The notes: a model not told the origin generated them from the sequence alone. Positions 40,925 through 57,000 are shown, counted from the stretch's first letter. The stretch: 64,000 nt of DNA from Octopus vulgaris (GCA_951406725.2 OX597816.1:35650001-35714000), one strand, 5' to 3'. Numbers and translations are program-made.

Positions 40925-41394
40925 GTAATAATAATAATAATAATAATAATATGTAAGGAGAGAGATGAAGAGATACGTAAATACAAAGGTAACACAGAAA
41001 CACAGGCACACACATAGACACATTCATACATACGTAAATGAAGACTGAAACACAGAAGAATATACACACACGCACACTTCACACACACACACACAGAGAC
41101 AAGGACACATGTTGAGATACACATCCTTACATAACAGACGCAAGTACATAGTGACAGAAACCAATATACATAGACATACGCAAACATGCACACACAAGGA
41201 GAAACAAGTACACACACATACACACAAATATGAACACACAAATACATGAAGATGGAGAATACATATATACAAACCTACATATACATAAATATATACATAC
41301 ACGCATGTATACCAATGTGTATACACGTGTACACTGACGCACACATGCGCACAAACAAACAAAAATAACGCACACACACACACATATATATATC

Positions 41395-41572
41395 ATTTTC
41401 CACTCTAGGCAAAAGGCCCGAAATTTTGAGTAAGGGGGCCAGTCGATTATTTCGACATCGACCCCAGTACGTAAGAGGTACTTAATTTATTTAACCCGAA
41501 TCTATGAAAGGCGAAGTCGACCTCGGCGGAATTTGAACTCAGAACGCAATGACAGACGAAATAGCACTAAGC
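41395..41572 (-). mobile_element. SINE family A copy
   Basis: Contains the core 'gaaaggcgaagtcgacctcggcggaatttgaactcagaacg'. Confidence 0.8.
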
Positions 41573-41589
41573 TATATACATTATATATG

Positions 41590-41995
<406 letters not shown>

Positions 41996-42006
41996 TATAT
42001 ACATAC

Positions 42007-42047
<41 letters not shown>

Positions 42048-42085
42048 TACATGCATAAATTTATACATATATATATATATATATG

Positions 42086-42123
<38 letters not shown>

Positions 42124-42697
42124 GTATATAACTAAGGAGTTCATGATATATATATATGTATATGTGTGTGTGTGTGTGTGTATGTGTGTGTGTGTTTGTG
42201 TATCCCCTTAACTCCTAAGTTATATACTCCTTCACTATACCAGCTACTCTATTTATTTTCATTCATTAGATATTTCCTCTATATTTTCCTGTATTCCTCG
42301 CTGGTCTTTTACTCATTATTCACCGCAGGTTCTCTTTAATGTTGGAATCTATAACGACCATAGACTTGTTCTAAGGATATTCCTTGATTCTTGGACGACA
42401 GAACTGATAACAACTATTAACCTTTTCTGGGGATATTCCTAAATCCTTCGATAATGGAACTGGTCAGTCCAGTTATCTTTTGCATATATATTTGTGTGCG
42501 CGTGAATTCCTATGCGCGTGCATGCGTATGCGCGTGTATGCGTATGCGTATGCGCGTGTGTACATATGTGTATACTGATGAATAATGATAAAACTTGGAA
42601 GAAATATTCAAGAAATATTCAAAGGCCATTTGTAACAACAAATATTGCTATGTTGTCCCCAAGTGTTTTCCAATCGCACACACTCTCACACGTGTAC

Positions 42698-42747
<50 letters not shown>

Positions 42748-42776
42748 ACACACACACACATATATATATATATATG

Positions 42777-43082
42777 TGGAGGCACATGGCCAAGTGGTTA
42801 GAGCAGCGGACTCACGGTCGAGGGATCGCGGGTTCGAATCTCAGACCGGGCGATGTGTGTGTTTATGAGCGAAACACCTAAGCTCCACGCAGCTCCGGCA
42901 GAAGGTGATGGCGAAACTTCTGCTGACTCTTTCGCCACAATTTTCTCTCACTCTTTCCTCTTGCATCTTGCAGCTCACCTGAGACGGACCGGCGTCCCGT
43001 CTAGGTGGGGAACCTATATGCCAAGGAAACCGGGAAACCGGCCCTTATGAGCCAGGCATGACTCGAGAAGGAACAAACAACA
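42777..43082 (+). mobile_element. tRNA-derived SINE (family B variant)
   Basis: A box 'tggccaagtgg', B box 'ggttcgaatct'. The head is shared with 53671 and 59054, but the 3' part differs. Confidence 0.85.
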
Positions 43083-43973
43083 CACACATCTATAGGGAGA
43101 GAGAGATAGAGAGAAAGAGTGAGAGACTGACAGACAGATACTTGTGTGTGCGTGTGCGCGTTTCTATTTGTGCGTGTGCATGTGTGTATGTGTTGTTATG
43201 CATGTGTATGTGGTGCATGAACTTCATAGCCACAAGCGGTCCAATGGTAGAATTAGCCTTTTTGTAGGAATGATATCTTCTTGACGTGCCTTTTGAGCAA
43301 TACTTTTCTTTCGCCATAACGTAACCATGGATATATTTAAAACAAGACAATTGTTACATAGATTAAAAAGAACTAAAGTCTGTAGGTCATAAATAATCCT
43401 CATAAGCAGATTATTACAAATTTTCCACCACTTCGATGCTAATACATTCAACCGATAAACTTATAGAGATTTTCCGACAACATCTTTGATGTTATGTTAT
43501 GCAAATAACTCTCATCCGACCTCAAATTATAAGAAGCAGCTAAATGAACTATATAACTGGACAAATATATATATATAAATTTTTAATAATCGATGGCGTA
43601 GATAGAATACAAGAAAACGTAAAATTGGTAGAAAATAATACTATGTTTCCATTAAGTTCATATATAAATCATAGCTCAATGCAAACACTTCAGGATTAGA
43701 TACAAACACTTTATATGTTCCCGTTATACGGGTACTCATTTAGGAGGGAATTGAAATTACAAGACAGCGGTTGGTGATATTGCCATGTGAATGTAAAGCG
43801 ACAAATCAGATCTATATAAGAAAACAGGGTAACAACGATGGCATGTGCAATGCGCTAATCAAAAGCCAAATTCCAACGTTAAAATAGGTATATGTATGTA
43901 TGTAAGTACGTATATCGTTAGCCTCTACAAACATTTTTTCTCTCTTTGTTTCTCTCCTTGTTTTCTGGGTCCA

Positions 43974-44009
43974 TTTCTGTAGAGGAGCGTAGGCTCGAAA
44001 CGTAAAAGA
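43974..44009 (+). ncRNA. Degenerate minimal hammerhead motif
   Basis: UUU-CUGUAGA-GGAGC-GUAG-GCUC-GAAACGUA^AAA: stem II is intact and stem III is the palindrome ACGU, but the core deviates from CUGAnGA. Confidence 0.5.
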
Positions 44010-45798
44010 CTTTTTCTATTCCTGAGCATTATACTAATACATCAGTTTGTTTTGTACACCACCTGTCTTCGTCTTTTGCTTTTTTCGTAAACTCTCCCTA
44101 TATATATATACATATATACACAAGCATACACATGGTATTTATTCCAACGTTTAAAAGAATAAATTCAAGAATTATTTGGTGGTATCATAAAAATGAAAAA
44201 GAAGAAAAGCAATTGCAAATCTTCAATACAGAAGTAGTTCTAGTATTTATGGCTCCCAGCATAAATAACAGACGATATTAAAGGCACCAACTCAAAACGA
44301 ATCTAGCTGGAACTCTTCAGACCGTCTGAAAACACGTACATTGTTTCATATGCTGATTTTGACACATGGATTTTTTGTTATTGTTTATGAAGTATTCTAT
44401 CTCAATAGATTTTTAGCTATTTCATAATAATGACAGGCTATTTACATTTGTAATCTGTGACAAGGGTTTGGTGACCTAATGTGGGTTTTTAACGCGTTGA
44501 CAGAATCATTTTAACACCATTTAAGTCAATAATGCGTATTTGAAAATGGATGCGTTAAATTTTTCGTATTCATTTTAAATTTTCTTATGATTAAAAGTAA
44601 TAAATCAATGCATCATTTCACAAATTTCCAAATATTCCTAAGTCGATTCACAGGAAAATAAATTCTTTTTGTCTTAAACCAAGAAATAGTATCTTAGCAT
44701 TTCTATGAAAATCATTAATGTCACTCTCTAGGTGGAACAAAAAGAATATGTAATGGAAACTTATTACTTTCTCTTCAACTATTTAGTATCAGTTATGTGT
44801 CTTACAACAAAGTATTTGAAGGACGTATGAATATATAATTCATGAACACCATATGTGGAGATCTAAATATGATATATAATTTAATGAAGCAGTAATTTGC
44901 TTTTTAAATGTGTTCTGAAACAAAATGTATACACCCACTTCTAAAACGTTCAAGTACTCGCAAAAATAAATGGCAAACATGCCCAGAGCAACATATGTCT
45001 TTAAATATTTAGACATATATTTTCATGTTGATGTTCTTGCTAGTAAAGACATCGAAATTAAATTGTCACTAATATTTACATCATAATTTTATAAAGCATT
45101 GGAAACATCTATGGAATATTTGAAGTAACTTTGTTTTCAATACTTTTGTAATGTGCCAAAGAGTGTCCATGGAAAGAAATTCCAGAGTAAAATCAGTAAT
45201 GGATTTAGTATGGCCGACAAAATTTTTCAAAGCGGTCCCCATTACTGAAACCAGTAAATGAATAAAGAAACGCGATTAAAATATATTTGCAATTTAGAAG
45301 AATAGTTAATAGTCTGATTATAAAGCGGATAAAACGATGAGAAAGTAGAGGTTACGTGGGGACGCGATAATGCGTCTTGGAAAACGAATTATTCTCTTGC
45401 AGTAGTTTGTCGATGGCTACATAACTCAACTAGCTCAAAAGAACTATGTATGTAACACATGTTTGCAATAAATAGTATTCGCATATTAGAAAGGATTGAA
45501 TCATTCACCTTTTGTATATTTTGAAAAACGTTACTGGAATTTAACTCCTCGGAATTTGAGATTTTTGACATGACAAAATTACTCAAAATTAAATACATCA
45601 GGTCTCCTAAGGAAGGTAGAATAATACGAAATATTTGCCAAATGTTTATAAATCACATTTTTTCTATAACAAATTGCACAATACATACCAAAATGTAACT
45701 GTTAAATTTGTCAATATTTACATGAAAAACTGACAACGAACTTCACAGTTGGGTGTTCTGTTGTATGTAATAGGGAGTTTTGTACATGAATAACTTGC

Positions 45799-45855
<57 letters not shown>

Positions 45856-46482
45856 GAGCTGGTATTAGATGGAAAATAAAATCCTTTTTTATTTCTCGCA
45901 TATGATTTCCAAAGCATGAATGTGTGTTAGTGTGTGTGTGTGTGAATGTATATGTATATGCATATATGTATGTCTGTATACATAGTTAGATAGTTATATA
46001 GATAGATAGATATAACCATACATATATAATGTATGTTTATATGCACATTTATATTTATATTCTTATATAAGTATGCACATATACGTGAGTATCTATCTAT
46101 GCATGCATATATATTTATATATGTGTGTGTGTGTCTGTGTGCGTGCGTGCGTGCGCACGCATTCAGAAATACCCTTGGTTGGTGTCAGAATATTTAGTAA
46201 AGCCAGATAGAGTGAGGGATCCTTTGCTGTTGTCACAGGATCTTCCAAGAAGATAGACACTTTGATGTGTGACATGTGGTTTCACGTAGTTACTGGTCAT
46301 CTAGCTTCGGCTTTGCATTAGATACCAATCAGAGAACTTTCAGAATGATACCCCTGTTATAGAAGTAGTTACCATTGTGATTTATTGATACACAGGTCCT
46401 CCTCTTGAGAGTCCTAAGGCGTTGGGAGATTAGCAACTAGTGTAAACCTAGTGTTATATATATATATATATATATATATATC

Positions 46483-46745
46483 ATGGCACTCTGTCGGTTA
46501 CGACGACGTGGGTTCCAGTTGATTCAATCAACGGAACAGCCTGCTCGTGAAATTAACGTGCAAGTGGCTGAGCATTCCACAGACACATGTAAACCTTAAC
46601 TTAGTTCTCGGGGAGATTCCGTGTGACATGGCTGGCCCTTTGAAATACAGGTACAACAGTAACAGGAAGAAGGAGTGACAGAAGTTTGAAAGAGTACAGT
46701 AGGGTTCTGCAACCGCGAGTCCATGACCTTAACCTCAGGGCCATT
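46483..46745 (-). mobile_element. 3' part of SINE family B
   Basis: Reverse complement of the 53850-54055 segment ('cacgttaatttcacgagcaggctgttccgttgat'). Confidence 0.8.
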
Positions 46746-46753
46746 GCATCACC

Positions 46754-46800
<47 letters not shown>

Positions 46801-47674
46801 GACACCCGATGTTTGTGTGCTTACGTCCACGTAACTCAGAGGTTCGGCAAAACGCTGATGGAATATATATACTCGCCTTGGAAATAAATAAGTCGTGGGG
46901 ACGATATGTTCGCCTAAAAATACTTGAAGGTAACTACCCCAGCATGGACCCAGACTATTGACTGAAACCTGTTACAAATAAGATAAAATAACAAACATGA
47001 TACCGCCAATTTCCGGTTTCTTCCTCCTTTCTAGCATTGTATACTAATTGGCGTACACATTATTATGGAAAATTAATTTCCAATATATTTCACTTTGTAT
47101 ATAAGAAAAGTAAAACAAAATTACAATTTTCCGTTTTGATCTAATATAAAAATTGACGCACAAATAGAAATTCTCTCTCATACTGTAACACACAAATTCT
47201 CACTCTCCCTCTCTCTCTCTCTCTCTCAGACTCCCTCTTTCTCTCTCGATCGCTTTCTCTCCCTATCTCTCCCCTTCTTTCTCCCTCCGTGTCTTCCTCT
47301 CTCTCTCTTTCCCCCTGTCGTTTTTACTCATACACATCCTTAAACATACACACACAAGCATACGCAGAAACATATTTGTACGGTTATAGAAAGAAATATA
47401 TATTCTTGTATTTTAAGAACACATAACTACGCGATTAATAATGAATAACATGAAGCCAGGAATGGAAGAACATGAAGACACTTTTCCTCTTGATTAAGTG
47501 AAACGAAGAAACTCTTAATTGGTGATCATTAAATGTCAATATAATAAATTTCTTCTCTCGTTTGTCTGCAGCAAGATTTAGTTAAAAAATATATATTTAT
47601 ATATTGCCTCATGGAAAATATGATATTCACTGTGAAAAAGGAAAGATGCAGGCCAAAAATTTGGTGTGTTTATG

Positions 47675-47711
<37 letters not shown>

Positions 47712-48179
47712 ATCTGTGTGTGTGTGTGTGTGTGTATGTGTGTGTGTATGCATGTATGTATGTATGTATGTACATATGTATGTATGCATGAATGCATTTA
47801 AAAAATTGAATACAAATCCGACGAAAGAGCTACTGATATTTTTACGCTTTTATGATACTTGAACAGGCATATTTATAAAATATACCATTTATCTTAAAAC
47901 AATCTTTCAGGCTCTGGTTATGTTTTATGTATATTCTAAAAACACTGATACTGGTCAGTGAGGAAATAAGACATAAGGTTACAAAGAAGTGATGAAGGTT
48001 GGTGCAAAAAAAGAATTGAAAAAGAAATTAAGTTAAGGAAACTAAAATCCTCGACCTCCCTGATTGAGGAAAGCTCATTAAATACAACTGGTTTAGAACA
48101 AAATAACAGGAAATATGTCAGTCAGCGAGAGAGTATCTCAATCCGGTGCGAGTGGTGCTCCTCAATTCGATAATAGAAA

Positions 48180-48800
48180 TTCATCCATATATCTACACCT
48201 GTTTAAAATTTCAGTTCTCCTAATTACGCAGTGTGTTGGAATTGCTAGATCAAAAACAAATCTGAGATATTTCCACTACGAATATGTTGCAATTTTACAA
48301 TCAATTATCATATTGCTTGTATTTCTCCACTATTATCCACTTAAGTGGTGTGGAACTGCTCTTCAAATCCCATACGACGCTAGTCAACTTACTTGCATCA
48401 CTTTTATCGATGTGCCGCAAAGAACACTGGTGGTTTGTATAACGTCTCTTGAATTCACCCTCCCATACCCCGATGTAGTTTCGGCCTCGTATATGACGGA
48501 GTTTCTCATCCATGCCTGGTCAAGTAGGCAAGATTCAGAGTTTCGAAATTCACATATGGGAGTGGATTCTTAGTGACTTTTGCGAGTTATAAGGTTTTTA
48601 TCAGGGTAGCTACTGTATGATATTTTAATTGAGCGTCTGTTAAAAAAAACATTCCTGCATTTATGATTTATTGGAAAATGTTTATCTAACAAATACAGGA
48701 ATTTCTTGCCTACGTTAGTCTGAATATTAAGGGAGAAAGGAGGGGCGAAACAAATTATTTTCCTGGGTCTATCTTTTGGTATATTTTTACGATTCATATA
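48180..48800 (-). pseudogene. Penelope-like element fragment: linker and GIY-YIG endonuclease
   Basis: RPRKIICFAPPFSLNIQTNVGKKFLYLLDKHFP...FNRRSIKISYS, followed by YIGVWEGEFKRRYTNHQCSLRH...SKLTSVVWDLK...LKWIIV. Confidence 0.85.
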
Positions 48801-49439
48801 TTTATTTAAAAAGTAATATATTTTATCTTTGAAGCTGCAGGCGGTTGCCTTATCAAACGAAATGAATGCAACTAAGTTGTGTGTGAGTGTATGTGTGTAC
48901 ACACACTTAGAAAGAGTGAGAGAGAGACAGACAGACAGACAGTCAGACTAACAGCCAGACAAACAGACAGACAGATCTGTAATTCAGTTTGTTGCCGTAC
49001 CACCTAATTTTCCCGATAGGGTAGATTGCGACTATGCTCATAAAACTGAAATACATATCACGTATTTATTGCAAATCTATAAGTGAAATCATTATTTCTT
49101 TTCATTTTACTTTAAGGTAATACAGATTTTTCTTTTGATTTAATTTTTCTCATTTTCTATCTGCGGAAAGATACTTGATAATGGTTAAGTTATATGTATA
49201 TAACATATATCACATTTCCTTATACTACACATACTTATATTTTACATTGTTTAATTACTTCCTACTGCGATGCAAACAACACTATCTTTCTTCGAGGAAA
49301 TTATGTTTACCTTGACTATCTCTTGCTTATATAGATTTTGCGTGAAAAAATACCCATATATTTATATACGAATGTGCGTATATAAGTTTTACAAAGTTTT
49401 GGTAACATATTTGCTTCCTTCGTCTAGTTAGAACAAAAG

Positions 49440-50400
49440 CAGCTTAGCATCGAAAGTAGATGCCATCTTGATGCGTCGTCTGAAGCAACCTTTTTGTCAG
49501 TTCTTTAATCCCACTCTAATACGAGTACATGTCCTTCGAGGTGAAGACCTACTTCACTGAACCTTCCACTTCTTCTTGGTTGATGAAACGTCACAAGCGC
49601 AGAAAGTGAGCCATAGATCGAAAGAAATAAGGAGCTAAGACCGGGCTATGATATATACTAGGTATGGCATCAATTCTATTTCCATAACTTCTTACTGTTT
49701 TTTCCTGGTCGTTCGAGCGGTACGAGGTTTTGCAACATCTTGCTGCAGAAGTGCGCACTTTCTGTTAACCGATCCAGAATCGTATACATCCTCTCCAGCT
49801 GTTCGGAGTACAATTTGGAATCGATGGTTTGACCGTCCGGAGAGAACTTGTAAATTATTCCATCATGTTCCCACTTGGCACAGGGCGTCAATTTTTGTTC
49901 CAAACACCTATGTTTGCAGACATGTTCCGGAAGCTGACCCTTGCTGAACAATGGCATATGCACATTAGTATAGCGATAAAATATCTCCTTTTTATCGTAT
50001 GCTATAATTCTCTTGAGGAAACGCAGATCACGCAAGTTATCCGGAGTTCCTTGCAAACATCCACTCACATACTTGCTTTATCTGGGGTCAATTTATGAGG
50101 CACAATTTGGTAGCCGGGACACATTATGTTGAGGTCGTGAAGGTGACTAACCACCCTGAGGATTTACATGTATAACTCACCTGATACGCTCCAAGAGCTA
50201 GCCATCGGATGTTTTTCTGTGGCTTGCAGTACGGCCTCAGAATCCACGGTTTTAGGCGTTCATGATCTTGTCTGAATGTCGAGGTTCTTGAACTTTTCGT
50301 TTTGTCAGCTGTGATCCTCTGCTCACTTCATCTTTAGTGCAGTAAATACTTTAGATTCCTCCCTCACCGTTACAGCCCAGTTTGAACTTGTAAAACATAA
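49440..50400 (-). pseudogene. Highly decayed mariner transposase
   Basis: Relics of IAYDKKEIFY, WEHDGIIY...GQTIDSKLYSEQLERM, LLQQDVAKPRTARTT and SPVLAP..FRSMAHFL. Confidence 0.75.
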
Positions 50401-50539
50401 GTTCCCGAATTAGAATACCTTGCACATTCATATGTACGAGTTTCAAATCACATTCGGTATGTCAGCTGCAGAAGATTATGTATGTGTAGCTTGAATCCTG
50501 ATGTGGAGAAAAAATATTATTTAACCCATGACGTTAAAG

Positions 50540-50878
50540 TGTAAAGATCCCCTTCGGTCATGCAAGACCATGGTATTGTACCGTGAAAGCTCCCCTTTGA
50601 AGCACATGTCCGGGCAAGGTTGTTTATAGAAAACCAACAGTCATCTATGCATACCAGCCTCCCCTCTTCACACCACTGATGTTATGCTAGGAAAAGGTAA
50701 AGGCCGATACAGCTTAACACCAATGATGCTGCAACTTATTTCTGCATCTGAGTGAACTGGAACAACGTGAATTAAAATGTCTTTTTCAAGAACACATCAC
50801 ACAGCTCGGTGTGGGAATCAAACTCACTATCTCATAATTGTGGACCCGACGCTTTTACCACTGAGCCATGCGCCTTCA
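50540..50878 (-). mobile_element. tRNA-derived SINE
   Basis: Minus-strand head 'gaaggcgcatggctcagtggtaaaagcgtcggg...gagtttgattccc' with A- and B-box-like motifs. Confidence 0.7.
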
Positions 50879-52340
50879 CTTATCAAAAGAATAATAAATG
50901 AACGTATACTCAGATGTGAAGATTCAGAGCACAAATGTAGGGCGTATCATAACTGTTTGGCGTTTATTTCTTATCTGAAACTCTTGACCTTCTGCATATT
51001 ATCTTCTTGGCCTACTATAATCCGATTAAATCTGCATCACGAAATCAGTTATCAGTTTTGATATGTATGTCATATGTACGATGTGTTTTAAATTGTGCAA
51101 AACCATATGTATGTTTGACTGAGAAGATGCTCACACTTTCTCATACAAGTACGTATTCACATAAACGTTTACATACACGTATTGCACGCCCTTTGGATAG
51201 ATATTGACGATTATAAACCACACAATCACTTGTGAGTGACAATAAAAATATTATTGTATCGTTTAATGCAGTCAAGTGTTTGATAAACAAATATTACTTC
51301 ATTTCACACCATTATGGTTGCCGCCTTTGAACATGTCAAGACATGCACTCACACTCTGACACACTTACACATGCATATAGGACTACATATATATGTGTAT
51401 GCACATGCACACATACATACACCTATATATTCATATATATATATATATATATATACATATATAGAGAGAGATAGATAGATATATATACATATAGATATAT
51501 TCATATATATATATATGCAAAATCTCTCTATATATAACTATATATATATATATATACATATACATCCATATATACAAAGATTCACATACATAAATATATT
51601 TATACATATGTATAGATACACGTGTTATATAAATACATGTACACCTATCTGTGTGTGCTTATTTCTGTGTATAATTAATAACACTGACACGACATTGTTG
51701 CCAGTGGTCTTTTCACCACACCACTTGCATCCAATCTCTTGCCCTATTAATCTTGATATTTTCAAAAAGCATTTCCTAGCGATCTTCAACTGTTTATTGA
51801 CACGGCACTAAATCAATACTTCAGCAGAATGTCATTCTCGTCGTCATTACTTATAGGATAGAGTTATAAAATCAAAGATCAGAACCATAATCTTGTTTTA
51901 ACTAGAACACTATAATGTTTCCGTATGCTTCTTTCACTCAAAATCGTATGTTAGATATCGAATCTTGTAATACGCATGCAAGGTATCTATTATATTGACT
52001 GTTCATCAATAATTGAAGCTTTATATATCATATTATGTCCATGGTAGCATATATAATGTTTTCAACGATGGTAATATAGTTTTTACATTTTATTTTATGA
52101 CCATATTTCATGATTGATATATTCCGCCTATTTGTTTTGATTCATTTTATTTACTATTTCTCGCCCATTCTTTCCATACTTAATTTCAAATCTCTTTACT
52201 GTGATTCTATCGCCTCAGTCAAATGACTGAAACAGATAAAAGAATAAAAGAATATATAATTAATCGTGAAAGGTAATGTTTACCACATATTATTTTGATT
52301 CACAGAAATGTTCAGTGTAAGGTCAATAAATTTAACTCTA

Positions 52341-52753
52341 GGATCTTTTTAGTTTGAACGGCAGTTTTTAACATAATTTCTAGGTAACTGAAAAATTTTA
52401 AACTTCGTATACTGGTAGAATGTGTTTATAAAACATCTTTTTCTCTTGGCTTTATTGAGAAAATTATATAGTTTGTAAGATATTTGTTTTGTTTTTTTTC
52501 TTCAATTTCTGCAATTTCAACCGATCAATGACCATCTATTGAGGTGAAAACATTCTGTGCCGTATGAATATGTCCCTCATTTAAGAAACAGATCGGGTTT
52601 ATTTACATTTGGGAAGAAAAAAGATACCGTTCCCCCCACTCTAACTCTAAAACAGATTGAAATGCAATAGATCGATAATAGGATCATAATTATGGGTGAC
52701 AATTTCATATAACACCGCTAGAAAAAAAACTGCCGTTCAAACCGAAAAGATCC
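52341..52753. mobile_element. MITE (413 bp) with ~30-bp TIRs
   Basis: GGATCTTTTTAGTTTGAACGGCAGTTTTT ... AAAAACTGCCGTTCAAACCGAAAAGATCC; no clear TSD. Confidence 0.85.
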
Positions 52754-53670
52754 TTGCTATTGTTATTATATGAAAGCTATCTACTTTTAAAGTATATATG
52801 TAATAACCAGAAAAACTTATATGTGCAGTTTCTTCTACGCAACACCATCGTTAGTCGCTACATATTATAGACCCAAGCCAACCAATACTTTGAGACTAGA
52901 TTTCAGAGAGAAGATTGTGGTGAAGCCTGCCGTATATGTATATGCGTGTACGTGTGAGCGTGTGTTTGTCTGGTGTTTGTGTTTGTCCACTAGCAGCTCT
53001 TCACCCGTAAATTAATCATTCTGCAAAAGAGAAGGCTAGATTATGTGTCAGACTTACAAATATAGACTGTATGTGCGCTACAGATTTAGTATAAATGCTA
53101 TAAGCATGTATATAACGCTGTATTTACATGCTTATATCTGGTACTTGTTCTATTCGTCTGATTTACAGAATTGTTAGTTATAATGTTGTAAATAAACTGA
53201 CGACAATTAATAAGCCGTGGTGAGAGTGGAGAAATAGAAAGAACCTAATCATGCATGTTTTTAGTTAAACTAGTTTCGGTACCACATGAGTTATTTCACA
53301 AAAGACTCCCGAGTATAAATACGCACAACACACGGACATACACATACACACACATACACACATATGTTTGAAGGCACGTGGAAAAGTGATTAGGGTATTG
53401 CATTCACCGCCCCTAGATCCTGGGTTCGATTTGCGCAGTGAGCGGTGCGTTGCATCCTTGATCAAAATACTTCATTCCACTTTGCTGGAGTACACTCAGC
53501 TGTAAATGAGTATTAAAGCGCCGGACTGGCCATCTGATCAGAGAAAGCGTAAGCCTACACGCCGAGGCAGCGGAGTGGTATCATTCTGTTATTTCACAAT
53601 AATACACAGTGGCTGTGGGAGCTACAAAATCCTCGTCGCCAGTGTTTGTGCATATAATATTACCTCATCA

Positions 53671-54060
53671 GTGGAGGCGCAATGGCCCAGTGGTTAGGGC
53701 AGCGGACTCGAGGTCATAGGATCGCGGTTTTGATTCCCAGACCGGGTGTTGTGAGTGTTTATTGAGCGAAAACACCTAAAAAGCTTCACGAGGCTCCGGC
53801 AGGGGATGGTGGTGATCCCTGCTGTACTCTTTCACCACAACTTTCTCTCACTCTTACTTCCTGTTTCTGTTGTTCCTGTATTTCAAGGGGCCGGCCTTGT
53901 CACTCTCTGTGTCACGCTGAATATCCCCGAGAACTACGTTAAGTGTACACGTGTCTGTGGAGTGCTCAGCCACTTACACGTTAATTTCACGAGCAGGCTG
54001 TTCCGTTGATTCGGATCAACCGGAACCCTCATCGTCGTAACCGAAGGAGTGCTTCCATCA
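53671..54060 (+). mobile_element. Full-length tRNA-derived SINE (family B)
   Basis: A box 'tggcccagtgg' and B-box-like 'ggttttgattccc'; highly similar to 59054-59361. Confidence 0.88.
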
Positions 54061-57000
54061 TTACATCATCACATACTGAATAGTGCTTTGAACCTGAGTC
54101 CCGCTCATTTATATTTTTCGTGTTACACAACATTTTTAAAAATCTTATTTATGAACTTATCATTTCCCGATTTCATCGTTCACCTGTCCGAAGTACTTTA
54201 TTTTTGTCAAGAAAAATTCAGATTTATCCTCCCTCTATATCTACGTATTGGGCTAACCTACTTCATTGTCTGGGTGCGTCCAGGCAACACATTCTAAAGC
54301 TAAAAACGATGCAAAGCGCGTTGTAACCAGCAATGTGACAACGTCCAACAGTCTGGTCGATTAAGTCATCACGTAAATCACTCTATAGTTTTAGAAATAG
54401 TGTTTAGTTGTAAACAAGTTGCCATTTCAAAATTCCTAGCTGTTGTCTTGTAATATTTTAGTGAAAGAAAGATTTGTTGATGCTCTTCGTTTCCAGGGCT
54501 TGACTAACATTTTATTATATGAATGAAATGTAGTTTTAAGCTTGATAAGATTTGAGCTCGGAACCTGCAGATTTGTACAACACGGAAATTTGGCCGACAC
54601 TCTAATGTGAGTGAATTACAACGACTCCAGTGCTTAAGGGATATTTGTTTTGTCTAACCCAAAACGCATGAAAAGGAAAGTCGATCTTGGTTAACTCTCA
54701 TGGTAACACTTCTGGAAGCCTTCGATATCACGATAATAAATGTCTATTAGTTACTCATTGATAATAGTTTCTATATAGCGTCTATATTTGATGGTCGTAA
54801 CTGGGCTAATTATTTCAGCAGTTCCTTAATAGTTATTTCATTCAATAGATTAACAAAGCAGCACCAATATTAATAGTGAAAATATGCGTCACTCGCCTCA
54901 CGGCAAAAGAAATTTTAATTAATTGAAATGCTTGCTATTGTATTTGTTATGCATGAAGTCTGTAGGAAATTTCTTAAAAGTTGTATCTGCTCGAGTGTAT
55001 GTACATATCTTCTTGCATATGAACACGTTTTATGAATGCAATATTAAAAACCCTGAAGTCCAATTCATTCTTAGAATTGAAGATATGACAGTAAATTATA
55101 TTTCGTAATGATTCGCAGGAATATTACTTTTGCTCTAATATCCTATCAATAGATGCTTATCAATCTTTTCAAACAATTTCTCATGTAAGATGTTATGGAT
55201 TAAGGTTCGAAATAGAATAAGAATCAGCATCTGATACACAATTCTGCCTTACTATTTGTATATGTGATTGCTGAATATCATTTAGCTTATATCAGATTCT
55301 AGAAAATCTCAGGTATATACAACTACCTGCGGATTCATGTTCCACTTTGCAATTACTAAGGCAGAAATCATTTCTTTCTGGGATAACAATGGTTTGCGCA
55401 TGTCTAAAGAACTAAATATATAAATATCTGACATGAATTTTAATTCCAATACAATATTCGTATAATTCATCACCGCTTTAACGATGATGTTTTTCTTTTC
55501 ATATTCACAGAAGCGTCTAATGAAGAAGTGAGAATCTTCATGAAATGTCAGTTTACTACCTGTTTATATATAATGATTCCATGTTGAGTCCATGAATAAC
55601 CATTCTATGAAATCTAAATAAATTACAAAAACAAATTTATCAAGAAAACTAATGAAAAACAAAAAAATTATAAATTTAACTGAATCAAATTTGATATTTC
55701 GTGTAATGACAAAGGTAGCAGAATGTTACTATATTTGTAGTCTAAAACACAATAAATGAAATCTCTATTCGTCTTCATTATATATTTAATACTTAATAAG
55801 AAGCAAATAATGAAAATACAATGTCACGCAATAATTCATTGTTTAGAAATAAATTTCAATGATCAGCTCCACAGTAACTAAGTATAGAAGCATAGAGTTC
55901 CCTTTTGTGATTCTTAGATGCTAAATATGTCTATAGCATGTATCTAAAAATGTGTGAATATATTCTAGCAGGTATAGAAGCAATAAGCACCACAATTGCA
56001 TGCAATTAACAGTTTGGAAATAAGAATGGAATAAATAGTTGTATAATACACGATTTAAAGTGTTCTTAATTGCCTGTTGGTATTTGGAGATGGTTATTTG
56101 AATAAATGTGCAATATTTCTGTCAATTATGAGATTTAATTTCTGATTTATGAGATTTTATATCATGCTAAATATTCAATTATTGTAATGAAATAAAACTC
56201 AGTACTCTTCATATGCAGAATTTTTACATTTACAAATGTATATGTACGGGTGTTTGCGTACGTGTGTTTATGCACGCTTATATATAAGGGTATATATGTG
56301 TGAGGGTGTTTGTGCATATACTCTTTTACACTTTTACACGTTTCAGTCATTTGAGACCGGCTATGCTGGAGCACCACCCGAAAGGGCTTTTTAGTCTGAG
56401 AAATCGACCCCAGGACTTATTTTCAACCAAGTACTTATTTTATCCGTCTCTTTGCCGAACTTCTAGGTTACCGGGACATAACACCACCTTCGTTTGTCAA
56501 GTGACAAACACAGACACCAACAGACACACACACATACATACATATACGAATATATATATATATATATATATACGACTGGCTTCTTTCAGATACCCTCTAC
56601 CACTCACAAGGCTTTGGTAGGCCCAACGTTGTACTGGGAGACACTTGCCCAGGGAACTGAACCCGGAACCATGTAGTTAAGAAGCAACATTCTTACCACA
56701 TATCCACGCCTGCGCCTATATGCATATATATGTGTGTGCGTGTGTGTGTGTGTGTGTGTTTGTGTGAGTCTGTGTGAGTCTGGGTACATGTCTGTGTGAG
56801 TGTATGCATGCATAAATATGAAGGAATATGTATGTAAATGCATCTGAGTATAAATGAATATATTTACGAGTTTGTATTTCAATAAATGCTTTGTTATTAT
56901 CACATCAGAGTAAATGTCTGAAGTAGACGCCCTTATCAGTCTTCATATTTGATTCCGCAACACGTTTAGAAATATACAGAATATACAGGCTATATTTATT

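Noticed and set aside
42777-42855. tRNA gene candidates at SINE heads (also 53671 and 59054)
   Set aside because: A/B boxes are present but there is no proper acceptor stem or terminator, and they continue into a shared SINE body.
48115-48573. 152-aa plus-strand ORF
   Set aside because: It is the antisense shadow of the Penelope GIY-YIG fragment on the minus strand.
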